DNA from: a bacterium
Lineage (GTDB): Bacteria > Patescibacteriota > Dojkabacteria > B142 > OLB20
Direction of reading: 5' to 3'
Length of the DNA stretch: 57,662 nucleotides
Assembly: GCA_029567095.1 (NCBI GenBank)
Contig: JAKQLP010000140.1
Coordinates: 1-57,662, forward strand
In this document: positions 8,564 to 16,701 of the stretch, piece by piece
How positions within the stretch are numbered: position 1 is the first letter of the stretch
Layout of the letters: every line of letters begins with the position of its first letter
The notes under the pieces: model-generated
Database searches by the model: none
What the model was told of the DNA's origin: nothing
The model's input: the letters and a program-made list of their open reading frames with translations, nothing else
Made by a program: the position numbers and the translations under genes

Positions 8564-9766
8564 ATGGGAATCTTAGAAGATACTGCTTTTCTTTTTGATC
8601 TAGATGGCACACTGGGAGAGCCAAAAAATATTATACCCAGAACTGATCGTGAGCCTACTTCCCCTTCCCTTTTATGTTGGGAATTAGCAGTTTCAGAATT
8701 TATTAGCGCCCATCAAATCCCTGTGGGATTCAATCGACATGGCATTTGGAGCCCAAGACATAAACATGTAGGAACTGATCTGGAAAGAGCTAGAAGCTGG
8801 GTGGAGGCTAATAATATTAGAAAAAAACTTCCAAGAGATTTTATTCCGGAACCAGAACTACTACAAAGAATGGAGTCACAATATCAGAGCCTGACTGATC
8901 AATGGGGCCCAGATTTTTCAATTTACAACGAAGTTCCTATCGCTTTGCAAATGATCCAAAACCAAGGAGGCCGAAGCTTTGCTTGGACAGGAAATACTAG
9001 AGGAAAAACAGAGATTAAGATTGCTCCCCTTTTAGATAAGGAATTAATAGCAAGAGAACCTATGTTTACAGGAGAAGATCCTCTTAAAGCAGGATTAATT
9101 CTATCGGCTAGAGAGATCTTAGCCACAGATTTTAATAGAATGATCATAGTGGGAGATACTATAGTTGATCAAAGAGCTTTTGAACACATGGTTGATAATC
9201 TTAAGGGCGCAAAAATTAAAAGAGAGGATATGGTTTTTGCCAGAAGGATCCCCAGCAGTTCCAGTGCCCCTATCCCTCAGGGATTAAGTTTACCGAAGCC
9301 TCACGATGATTATCAGGGTGGAGTGTTCTTTGAACTAGGTGATCCGTTATTTAATTTGCTGGCAATTGGACCTAAAACTTTAGCAGGATGGATTACTGAT
9401 AACAAATTAAATGAAGACGATATTGAGGCAATTGATCAGGAATTGAGAGCATATAATCCATTTAGGCCAAATTCCTTTAATTTGGAACAAATCAGGCCCG
9501 AATTAAGACCCTTACTTTCTTATGTTTTCTCAGGTACAAGTGCCAGAGATAGGGATCATCTTCCAGAAGCAACCCGATTCCAATACAATTCAATGTTATG
9601 GGATTATATCTTCTCACTTACTGTAGGTAGGGGTTTAAGCCATGATATGGCTATGGAATGTGTAAGGCGTCAAAAACAGTGGGGTGAAATGCTGCAGTGC
9701 CAATATCTCTTTGAACGTGCAGATAGTTTGATAAGACAAAAAAGAGGATGGTCTGTTGAAGTCTAA
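8564..9766 (+). CDS. HAD-superfamily hydrolase-like protein with a long C-terminal extension
   Basis: FLFDLDGTLG (motif I, DxDxT) and IIVGDTIVD (motif IV). The last roughly 200 aa have no recognisable domain. Confidence 0.55.
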   Translation: MGILEDTAFLFDLDGTLGEPKNIIPRTDREPTSPSLLCWELAVSEFISAHQIPVGFNRHGIWSPRHKHVGTDLERARSWVEANNIRKKLPRDFIPEPELLQRMESQYQSLTDQWGPDFSIYNEVPIALQMIQNQGGRSFAWTGNTRGKTEIKIAPLLDKELIAREPMFTGEDPLKAGLILSAREILATDFNRMIIVGDTIVDQRAFEHMVDNLKGAKIKREDMVFARRIPSSSSAPIPQGLSLPKPHDDYQGGVFFELGDPLFNLLAIGPKTLAGWITDNKLNEDDIEAIDQELRAYNPFRPNSFNLEQIRPELRPLLSYVFSGTSARDRDHLPEATRFQYNSMLWDYIFSLTVGRGLSHDMAMECVRRQKQWGEMLQCQYLFERADSLIRQKRGWSVEV

Positions 9767-9809
9767 TTCTAGCTGTATGATAAACTAGAATATATCATCT
9801 TCAATTATC

Positions 9810-10130
9810 ATGAATAACCCGGAAAGCACTAGTTCTGATTTAGAAAAGATCAGAGCATTAATTAGGGAACTTATCCCAAGCTACATAGAAGAAATCAAAT
9901 ACGGAATACCTACAGTGATATATAAAGGGAAGAATCTAATCCATTTTGCAGAGTATAAGGATCATATTGGAATATATCCAGGCCCCGAAGCGATCAATGC
10001 TTTTAAAGAGGAATTAAAGACGTTTGGTTTATCTAAAGGCACGATCAGAATCCCCAAAGAACTAGATTTACCAATTAATTTAATAAAGAAAATAGTCCAA
10101 TTTCGGATCAAAGCAATTGATCAGCAATGA
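9810..10130 (+). CDS. DUF1801 (YdhG-like) domain protein
   Basis: 106 aa. IKYGIPTVIYKGKNLIHFAEYKDHIGIYPG...SKGTIRIP matches the YdhG/DUF1801 pattern. Confidence 0.65.
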   Translation: MNNPESTSSDLEKIRALIRELIPSYIEEIKYGIPTVIYKGKNLIHFAEYKDHIGIYPGPEAINAFKEELKTFGLSKGTIRIPKELDLPINLIKKIVQFRIKAIDQQ

Positions 10131-10776
10131 TCGATTTAATTCTTGCAATGGCCTTGGGCATATTTCTCATGCCCTGCCCTACCGGATAATATGTTGGATA
10201 AACTTTGAATGCCCTATCCCCGACTATTATGCTCTCATATTGGTTATCAATATAGTCGGAGACGGAAATTGATTTTGATAATAAGATCGAGCTGACTTGA
10301 TTTCCAAAACTAATGATTGATTTTGGTTTAGTTAAATTTATTTCCTCAAGCATGCTGGGAATATATGCTTTGAATGTAGCATTTGGTAAGGCTCTGGCAT
10401 CTATTTGAGTACATTTAGCGATATTGGTGATATAGATGGAGTTTTGGGCGAGTTCAGTATAAAGTTCTTGTGCCAGTTCTTCATCCCAGTCACCAGGCTT
10501 AAGATCGAGGACCTTACTTAACACAATTGAGTCACTAATGATCCCTAATGAATTCAACATTTTCCATACTTCTTTGGTACCGATCCAGGGGGCTCTAATA
10601 CCATGCCAGTCTTGATGTGCAGATATATTACGTGCTGTAGGATTCATGAAGATTAGCATTACGTTCGGATTATTAATTTCCCCAGCACCATAGATCGCTT
10701 TTAGGTCAATATTTCCATATCTCTTATGAAGGGAATCAAAATTTTTATGGAGTGCACTGCATTGTAATGCTTTCAC
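10108..10776 (-). CDS. Uracil-DNA glycosylase superfamily protein
   Basis: MLIFMNPTA, YITNIAKC and a C-terminal YPTYYPVGQG follow the UDG-fold motif order. The subfamily is unclear. Convergent 23-nt overlap with 9810..10130. Confidence 0.55.
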   Translation of the reverse strand: MKALQCSALHKNFDSLHKRYGNIDLKAIYGAGEINNPNVMLIFMNPTARNISAHQDWHGIRAPWIGTKEVWKMLNSLGIISDSIVLSKVLDLKPGDWDEELAQELYTELAQNSIYITNIAKCTQIDARALPNATFKAYIPSMLEEINLTKPKSIISFGNQVSSILLSKSISVSDYIDNQYESIIVGDRAFKVYPTYYPVGQGMRNMPKAIARIKSIIADQLL

Positions 10777-10788
10777 TAGAATTTCTAT

Positions 10789-11217
10789 TTACTCGTTTTT
10801 ATTATTTGTTTTTCTGATTCTAGGTATTCTTGGTATTAAGGCTACAGCTAAAGTGACTATGATTGCTATTAAATGAAAATCAAAACCTAGAGCCATACCA
10901 ATTGCTCCTGACACCCAAAGACTGGCTGCTGTAGTTAAATTAACTACATTACTGCCCTCCTTGATAATTAAGCCAGCACCTAAAAATCCAATACCAGATA
11001 CAACCTGAGCCGCTATTCTGGATTTAGAGGCCGGATCAACTTCAGATGAGAGAAATGTAAAAAGCATGGCTCCAACTATTACCATGGTATGGGTACTGAT
11101 CCCTGCCGGTTTGCCTCGTAACTCCCTCTCACCACCTATTATAAAGCCGGCTAGTAAAGCCAAAAGCAGATCTATAATCAAACGACTTTCACTAGAACCT
11201 ATAAATTGTTCAAACAT
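10789..11217 (-). CDS. MgtC/SapB family membrane protein
   Basis: GGERELRGKPAGISTHTMVIVGAMLF...GIGFLGAGLI is the MgtC N-terminal membrane domain. Confidence 0.85.
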   Translation of the reverse strand: MFEQFIGSSESRLIIDLLLALLAGFIIGGERELRGKPAGISTHTMVIVGAMLFTFLSSEVDPASKSRIAAQVVSGIGFLGAGLIIKEGSNVVNLTTAASLWVSGAIGMALGFDFHLIAIIVTLAVALIPRIPRIRKTNNKNE

Positions 11218-11355
11218 AAAAAAGTGGTTAATAAAAATAAATGGGGGACGATGTTCTTTTTGTACAACCCCCGTCTAATTTAGAAAAAATATCATATATT
11301 AATTAACTAATTTAGCTAAATCCTTCCAATAGACATTTTGATTATTAAGTAGAAT

Positions 11356-11805
11356 CTATTTATTAGGTAATTTCTGACGTGTATAAGTATAAAAATTATA
11401 TACGGAAAGGTATATAAAAATAATTCCCGATGAAATAAGTAATATACTTAATACCTGGAAAGGTGCAAAGTTCTCATTTACTATCGAATTGTTAGGGTTT
11501 GTTGGATCGTAATATATTTCTTTAACAGTACCGATTTCAGGTTTGGAAATTGAAAAAAGTCCGGAAAATCCTGATTTACTCTCAACGTTATATGTTTTGT
11601 TATCAACGGTATATTTAATTACAGGTACATTGATATTTTCTTCAGCTTCAATAGTTTTGTAATCAACAATAACCCCAGACACCCTAATCCAAGTCCCATC
11701 GATAAGTGTAGATTTGAAAACAAAGCATCCCCACCCCACCAACATAACACCTAATATCAAAAATGAACCTGATAAAATGATGTATTTAAGCCCGTTTCTT
11801 TTCAT
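11356..11805 (-). CDS. DUF3592-like membrane protein
   Basis: TM helix, then a beta-rich domain (VSGVIVDY...VIKYTVDNKTYNV...IYYDPTNPNNS), then a second TM helix: the DUF3592 layout. Confidence 0.6.
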   Translation of the reverse strand: MKRNGLKYIILSGSFLILGVMLVGWGCFVFKSTLIDGTWIRVSGVIVDYKTIEAEENINVPVIKYTVDNKTYNVESKSGFSGLFSISKPEIGTVKEIYYDPTNPNNSIVNENFAPFQVLSILLISSGIIFIYLSVYNFYTYTRQKLPNK

Positions 11806-11865
11806 TATGTATTATTAAAAAGATTGATCCTCATTTCAACTAATTGGAGGAAAGTTGCTCATAAC

Positions 11866-11939
11866 TGGAGCGAGATACGGGAATCGAACCCGCGTTCCCT
11901 GCTTGGGAAGCAGGTGTACTACCGCTGTACTAATCTCGC
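11866..11939 (-). tRNA. tRNA-Gly (anticodon CCC), CCA encoded, discriminator U73
   Basis: Reverse complement: GCGAGAT TA GTAC AGCGGTA GTAC A CCTGC TTCCCAA GCAGG GAAC GCGGG TTCGATT CCCGT ATCTCGC T CCA. All stems pair. Confidence 0.9.
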
Positions 11940-12122
11940 TTATTTTTCTTCTTCAATAAGCTGTAATGTTACACCAGCCTCGTCTTTACCAGTAACTTCG
12001 TATTCTATTCCACAGTAGGGACATTCTACGATATCTCCCACTTTTTTCTCTGGATCTAGAACTACTTCATTCTGGCATTCCAGGCAAGTGAATTTATTAT
12101 CAAGTGCTTTGACTTGTTCCAT
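11940..12122 (-). CDS. LysW-like zinc-ribbon protein with acidic C-terminal tail (putative carrier or ligase substrate)
   Basis: 60 aa. CLEC-x17-CPYC with GDIVECPYCGIEYEV closely parallels LysW (GELVVCEDCGAELEV in Thermus, as I recall it). The tail is LIEEEK rather than EDWGE. Confidence 0.6.
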   Translation of the reverse strand: MEQVKALDNKFTCLECQNEVVLDPEKKVGDIVECPYCGIEYEVTGKDEAGVTLQLIEEEK

Positions 12123-12187
12123 AGCTTAAAATTGGAATTAATATTTGCTTTATTATACATTATAATTGTAAAAAGATAATAATAGTT

Positions 12188-13108
12188 ATGTCAATCTGGA
12201 AGGATCCACAATTAGCTAAATACAACGTTATACCTTCAATCCAGCTTACTTTAGATGAAGGTGCTACACCTTTGTATGAAGGTTTTTTTGATAATTACAA
12301 GGTATGGATTAAGAATGAAATGCTTAATCCTAATAATTCCTTCAAGGATAGAAGTCTTGCATATCAGCTCTCCTACTATATCTCAAATGGAGCTAAGAAA
12401 TTTGTAATCAGTTCCTCAGGCAATGCTGCAATAAGTGCTGCCAGCTACATTCCCTTAACTGCTGATGCCGAGATCGATGTTTTTGTAGGGTTTGGGATAA
12501 ATAATAATAAGCTTGAGAGATTAGAAAAGCTGAAATCAGATAGGATCAGGATTCATCAGGGACCCAAGCCTAAATCCGACGCTATAAAATTCGCTAGAAG
12601 TAATAATGCAGTTAATTTAAGAGGATCGATAGATGATCTGGCTTTAACTGGTTTTAAAACTATTGGTTATGAGCTAGCTAGAGAAGCTAAGCAAATAGAT
12701 TCTCTGTTCATTCCTACTAGTTCTGGTACCAGTGCTTTAGCTTTGCATTATGCCTTTGAGGAGATGGGTATGAAAGTCGCTTTATATATTTGTCAGAGCG
12801 AAAAAGTGCATCCCATTGCTTCAGAATTTGATAAGGATTTCAAAGAGAAGCCTGAATCCATGGCTGATGCTATAGTTGATAAAGTTGCACTTCGTAAGCC
12901 TAAGCTTCTGGCCGCTCTAAGGCAGAATGGCGGGGGAGGTTTTGTGCTGTCAGATCATGAAATATTTGAAGCGCAAGCTAAAGCGGGGCTGGCAGGTATT
13001 CCCATGCCTTCATATAATTCAGCATTGGCTTTTGCCGGATTAAGCAAGGCTTTACGTTCCAGTACTATAGATGTGAAAAGGCCATTGATCTTAGTAAGCG
13101 GAATATGA
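12188..13108 (+). CDS. Fold-type II PLP-dependent enzyme, threonine synthase-like (short form)
   Basis: EGATPL...KNEMLNPNNSFKDRSLAY (Lys of SFKDR as the PLP lysine) and SSGNAAISAASY match the ThrC/CysK-type pattern. Only 306 aa. Confidence 0.75.
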   Translation: MSIWKDPQLAKYNVIPSIQLTLDEGATPLYEGFFDNYKVWIKNEMLNPNNSFKDRSLAYQLSYYISNGAKKFVISSSGNAAISAASYIPLTADAEIDVFVGFGINNNKLERLEKLKSDRIRIHQGPKPKSDAIKFARSNNAVNLRGSIDDLALTGFKTIGYELAREAKQIDSLFIPTSSGTSALALHYAFEEMGMKVALYICQSEKVHPIASEFDKDFKEKPESMADAIVDKVALRKPKLLAALRQNGGGGFVLSDHEIFEAQAKAGLAGIPMPSYNSALAFAGLSKALRSSTIDVKRPLILVSGI

Positions 13109-13626
13109 TCCCAATACTCTATCTTTTAGCGCAAATATCCTGCCTATTTCTAATAATCCTCTTTGCTGTATTCTACCTCTGGGCTAATACGTTCGGGGTA
13201 CCTTTTGTCCCTTCAGATAGAAGGATCGTAAATAATATGGTTAATTTCCTAAAGAAGACCAAAGTTAAAAAAGTAGCTGAGCTTGGTGCAGGGGATGGCA
13301 GAGTAGCTTTTGCACTTGCCCGAGAGGGATTTGAAGTTTTAGCTGTTGAAGTTAATCCCTTATTAAGTCTCTGGATGCGATTAGTAAAGTTTGTAAGGAG
13401 ATATAATAAGGTGGAAATTGAGAATAAAGATTTGTTTAAGGTGGATATCAAGGGCATTGATGCTATCATTGTTTATCTCTATCCTGAACATCTTGAAAAA
13501 CTGGAAGAGCGATTCTTTAAGGAAATGCCAAGTGGCAGCTATATCTTGAGCAATACGTTCACTTTTAAAAATCATAAACCTATTGAAAATACCGGTAAAC
13601 TATATATCTATCAAGTAGCAAAATAG
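13105..13626 (+). CDS. Class I SAM-dependent methyltransferase with N-terminal TM helix (FAM173/ATPSCKMT-like layout)
   Basis: ATGA overlap with the upstream gene. TM helix, then GVPFVPS and VAELGAGDGRVAFALAREGFEVLAVEVNP (SAM motif I). Confidence 0.75.
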   Translation: MIPILYLLAQISCLFLIILFAVFYLWANTFGVPFVPSDRRIVNNMVNFLKKTKVKKVAELGAGDGRVAFALAREGFEVLAVEVNPLLSLWMRLVKFVRRYNKVEIENKDLFKVDIKGIDAIIVYLYPEHLEKLEERFFKEMPSGSYILSNTFTFKNHKPIENTGKLYIYQVAK

Positions 13627-13651
13627 TAGAATATATTGCGTTATTATTCTT

Positions 13652-15088
13652 ATGCAAGACAATATCTCAAGTTTAATAGAAAAATTTAAAAGTCATTTTG
13701 CAGATAGCAGATATATATATATTTGTAATGATCCAGAAAGAGCCTTGGGGCTTGAGAGAATAATACCGAACTTTCAAATAGCTCATATTGATCTATCTCA
13801 GTATCTTGATGACTTTCAACGAAATGGAATTAAATACTTCTGTTGGCAAGAGCATGAGGCAGAAATCCCTTTAAGAAGTTCCATAAAATTAATACGATCC
13901 AATCAATTCCTTAATTTCTTTAATCAGGAGAAAGATAAGAAAACATATATTCAAACTTTCAAGATCTCTCCAGCATTTCAACAAAGTGTATCTAATTTAG
14001 GTGCAACTCTGGTTAATACAAGTGCTGATTTAAATAGGATGTTTGAAGATAAGCTCTCACAGTATGAGAATCTATCAGCTCTGCCTATAACCCTTCCCAA
14101 AGGGGCGATTTATCAATTAGATCAAATAGATTATGCCGCCTTAGCATCCCAATTGGGATCGAAATTCGTCCTGCAGTTTAATAAAGGACATACAGGAATG
14201 GGTACGAAGTTTATTAATTCTGAACAGGAATTTAATGAAGTTAAAGCTCAATTCCCAGGCCGTCAGATAAGAGTGGCTCAATTTATTCAAGGGCAAGCCT
14301 ACACTCTAAATGCCTGTGTAGGATCCAAGGGAATATACTTGGGAGGTTTATCAAAACAAATCACTGGAGATCAAAATCTGACAGTTTATGCTGGAGCTAC
14401 TATTGGTAATGACTGGGAATATCGGAAGGAAATAAATAGCGATAACCTTAAACAGATCGAGAATGAAGTTATCATTATTGGAGAAGCAATGAGAACAAAG
14501 GGGTATAAAGGCTTGTTTGGTATTGATCTGATCATTGATATGGAGGGTAAAGCCTTTATCATTGAAATCAATGCCAGACAACCTGCTTCTATTCCTATGT
14601 ACACTAAAATGCAGCTTAAATTGGGACAGATCCCTTTATCCATGATACATGTAGCAGAATTTTGTGGTATAGATTATGAGATTGATCAAAACGAGTATAA
14701 TCAAATTAATTTAGCTCCCCTGCCCTATTCTCAGGTTTTTGTAAGATCTTTTCGAGACTATACTCTTGAATTCCCTTTACGATCGGGGGTGTATAGGCTG
14801 CAGGGAGACAATGCTGCTATAGATAGAATTAGTAGTGAAGTTAAGCCGGACACAATTTTTCTTGACGAGGAAAGAGATGTAGCCCTTCTATTCCAAAAAG
14901 ATGGTTACTGTATTGATGATATTGAACAAGGAGGCCTGTTAATCCTGACACCGGCTAAGAATCGAAAATTGGTAGTCAATGATGAGCTGGGAAGGATCCA
15001 AATTAATTCGAGTGCACACTTGCCTGATGGACAATTACTTTCTTGGATAAGACAGGCACTAATAGCTATTAAGAATTATCAAAGCTAG
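13652..15088 (+). CDS. ATP-grasp ligase (long form, unknown substrate)
   Basis: 478 aa. VLQFNKGHTGMGTKFI, a central domain, and GLFGIDLIIDMEGKAFIIEINARQ (the Mg-ATP E-x-N motif) are ATP-grasp signatures. It carries extra N- and C-terminal domains. Confidence 0.75.
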   Translation: MQDNISSLIEKFKSHFADSRYIYICNDPERALGLERIIPNFQIAHIDLSQYLDDFQRNGIKYFCWQEHEAEIPLRSSIKLIRSNQFLNFFNQEKDKKTYIQTFKISPAFQQSVSNLGATLVNTSADLNRMFEDKLSQYENLSALPITLPKGAIYQLDQIDYAALASQLGSKFVLQFNKGHTGMGTKFINSEQEFNEVKAQFPGRQIRVAQFIQGQAYTLNACVGSKGIYLGGLSKQITGDQNLTVYAGATIGNDWEYRKEINSDNLKQIENEVIIIGEAMRTKGYKGLFGIDLIIDMEGKAFIIEINARQPASIPMYTKMQLKLGQIPLSMIHVAEFCGIDYEIDQNEYNQINLAPLPYSQVFVRSFRDYTLEFPLRSGVYRLQGDNAAIDRISSEVKPDTIFLDEERDVALLFQKDGYCIDDIEQGGLLILTPAKNRKLVVNDELGRIQINSSAHLPDGQLLSWIRQALIAIKNYQS

Positions 15089-15089
15089 T

Positions 15090-15881
15090 ATGAAACAAAT
15101 ACAAATAATGCCCAAAACTGCACAGCAAATGGTATATGAATATCAGCATCTACCATTAGGTGGTAAGTCTGTTGTTTGCCCTTATCATATGAATATCAGG
15201 AAGGAAAGGGTCGGTTTGAGAGTATTAGTCGGGAAAGGTGATCCGGGAGAAATAGTAAAGGAGGTAAAAGTCTGGGCTAAATTAAAAGATTTTGATCTGT
15301 ACTTAGCTGATGAAAAACAGATCCGCGACTTTATGATCGAACGTAGTATTGGTATAGATTGTTCCGGCTTTGTTACCCATGTATTAGGATATTGGATCAA
15401 AAGTGAACATAGAAGAAGGTTGTGGGAATTAGTGGAATATAAAAACAATGATATCTTAAGTAGGATTAGGCGTTTTTTTAGACCTATAGAAAACTTAGGA
15501 GCTAATACCCTTACCAATCTAATTAATTGTGATCCTATCACTAATGTTAATGATATTCAGCCCGGTGATCTGATCAGGAGTAAAGGCAAAGTCAAGAACT
15601 CTCATCATGTTACCTTAATAAGTAAGGTCACAAAAGTGAACGGCAAGACAACAGAGATTGAATATGTGCATTCCCAAAGGTATTACGGGGATCAAAATGG
15701 AGTAAAATTTGGTTTGATAAAAATCACTGATCTAAAAAGGCCTTTGCATAAACAAGAATGGCTAGAGGTACTAGACGGGGTTAATTACACTTGGAACGGA
15801 TATATGAACCAAATAGAGGATAATGGCGTTAGAAGACTAAAAAGGGTTAGAATCCATTTCGATACTTACGAAGAAGAATAA
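15090..15881 (+). CDS. Cytoplasmic NlpC/P60-like cysteine amidase
   Basis: Starts 1 nt after the ATP-grasp stop. GIDCSGFV ... PGDLI...SHHVTLI ... EYVHS gives the canonical Cys-His-His order. No signal peptide. Confidence 0.6.
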   Translation: MKQIQIMPKTAQQMVYEYQHLPLGGKSVVCPYHMNIRKERVGLRVLVGKGDPGEIVKEVKVWAKLKDFDLYLADEKQIRDFMIERSIGIDCSGFVTHVLGYWIKSEHRRRLWELVEYKNNDILSRIRRFFRPIENLGANTLTNLINCDPITNVNDIQPGDLIRSKGKVKNSHHVTLISKVTKVNGKTTEIEYVHSQRYYGDQNGVKFGLIKITDLKRPLHKQEWLEVLDGVNYTWNGYMNQIEDNGVRRLKRVRIHFDTYEEE

Positions 15882-15897
15882 ATAATTTTCCCATGGT

Positions 15898-15924
15898 TTA
15901 GCACTTGACGCACTAGTTTGCTAA
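15898..15924 (+). promoter_or_regulatory. CIRCE-like HrcA operator
   Basis: TTAGCACTT-N9-GTTTGCTAA versus consensus TTAGCACTC-N9-GAGTGCTAA (8/9 and 7/9 matches). It sits 31 nt upstream of the hrcA ATG. Confidence 0.7.
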
Positions 15925-15954
15925 TGATATATTGTTAGCAATTGCAAGCTTACT

Positions 15955-16674
15955 ATGACAGACAGACAATTCAAATTACTACAAGCGATCATCAGAGAAT
16001 TCATCGAAAGTGCCGAAGCTGTGGGTTCTTTGAATCTAGTTAATAAATACAAGCTGAATGTTAGTCCGGCCACAATCAGAAATGAAATGGCCGAGCTTAT
16101 GAAACAAGGCTATATTGAAAAACCCCATACTTCAGCAGGAAGAGTTCCCACTACTAGAGGCTATAAGCTATTTGTGGAAAGTATTATGGATGAATTGGAG
16201 GAATTAGATGTGGCCGATGCTGCTGTGATTAGAGAAAAATTGTTTGCTTCCAGATTTGATCAGGATGAAGTTCTCTACAACGCATTAAATACTTTGTATG
16301 AATTCACAGGGAATGTGAGCATGGCTTTGATCGATAATAAGATATATCATGCTGGATTAGCTAGGATCCCTACTCTACCTGAGTTTAAGCAGGTTCAGGA
16401 ACTATGTAATCTTATTCAAGTTCTTGAAGATAGAATGCTACTTAAAAGATTATTGGAGTTCGATGATTCTCCCGATAATGTAAGGGTTCTATTTGGTCGC
16501 GATACAAACATAGATGTTTTTAAACAAATGTCTATCATTTACAGCCCAATAACAATGTATTCTAAGGACGGATATATTGGGGTGATCGGTCCCCAAAGGA
16601 TGAACTACAAGAAGGTTATCCCTGCTGTGGAATTTGTTGCTGACAATATTAACGAAATGGTCAGTGGCTGGTAA
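15955..16674 (+). CDS. hrcA: Heat-inducible transcription repressor HrcA (short form)
   Basis: SPATIRNEMAELMKQGYIEKPHTSAGRVPTTRGYKLFV is the HrcA wHTH signature. 239 aa versus about 340 typical. Confidence 0.85.
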   Translation: MTDRQFKLLQAIIREFIESAEAVGSLNLVNKYKLNVSPATIRNEMAELMKQGYIEKPHTSAGRVPTTRGYKLFVESIMDELEELDVADAAVIREKLFASRFDQDEVLYNALNTLYEFTGNVSMALIDNKIYHAGLARIPTLPEFKQVQELCNLIQVLEDRMLLKRLLEFDDSPDNVRVLFGRDTNIDVFKQMSIIYSPITMYSKDGYIGVIGPQRMNYKKVIPAVEFVADNINEMVSGW

Positions 16675-16701
16675 TTTTTCTATTAGATTTAATTAACTAT
16701 T

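Noticed and set aside
11218-11355. Possible Mg2+ (M-box) riboswitch upstream of the MgtC-family gene
   Set aside because: The spacer is too short, and it shows only a GGGGG...CCCCC hairpin followed by a T-rich run on the minus strand. That is better explained as the terminator of the upstream DUF3592 gene.
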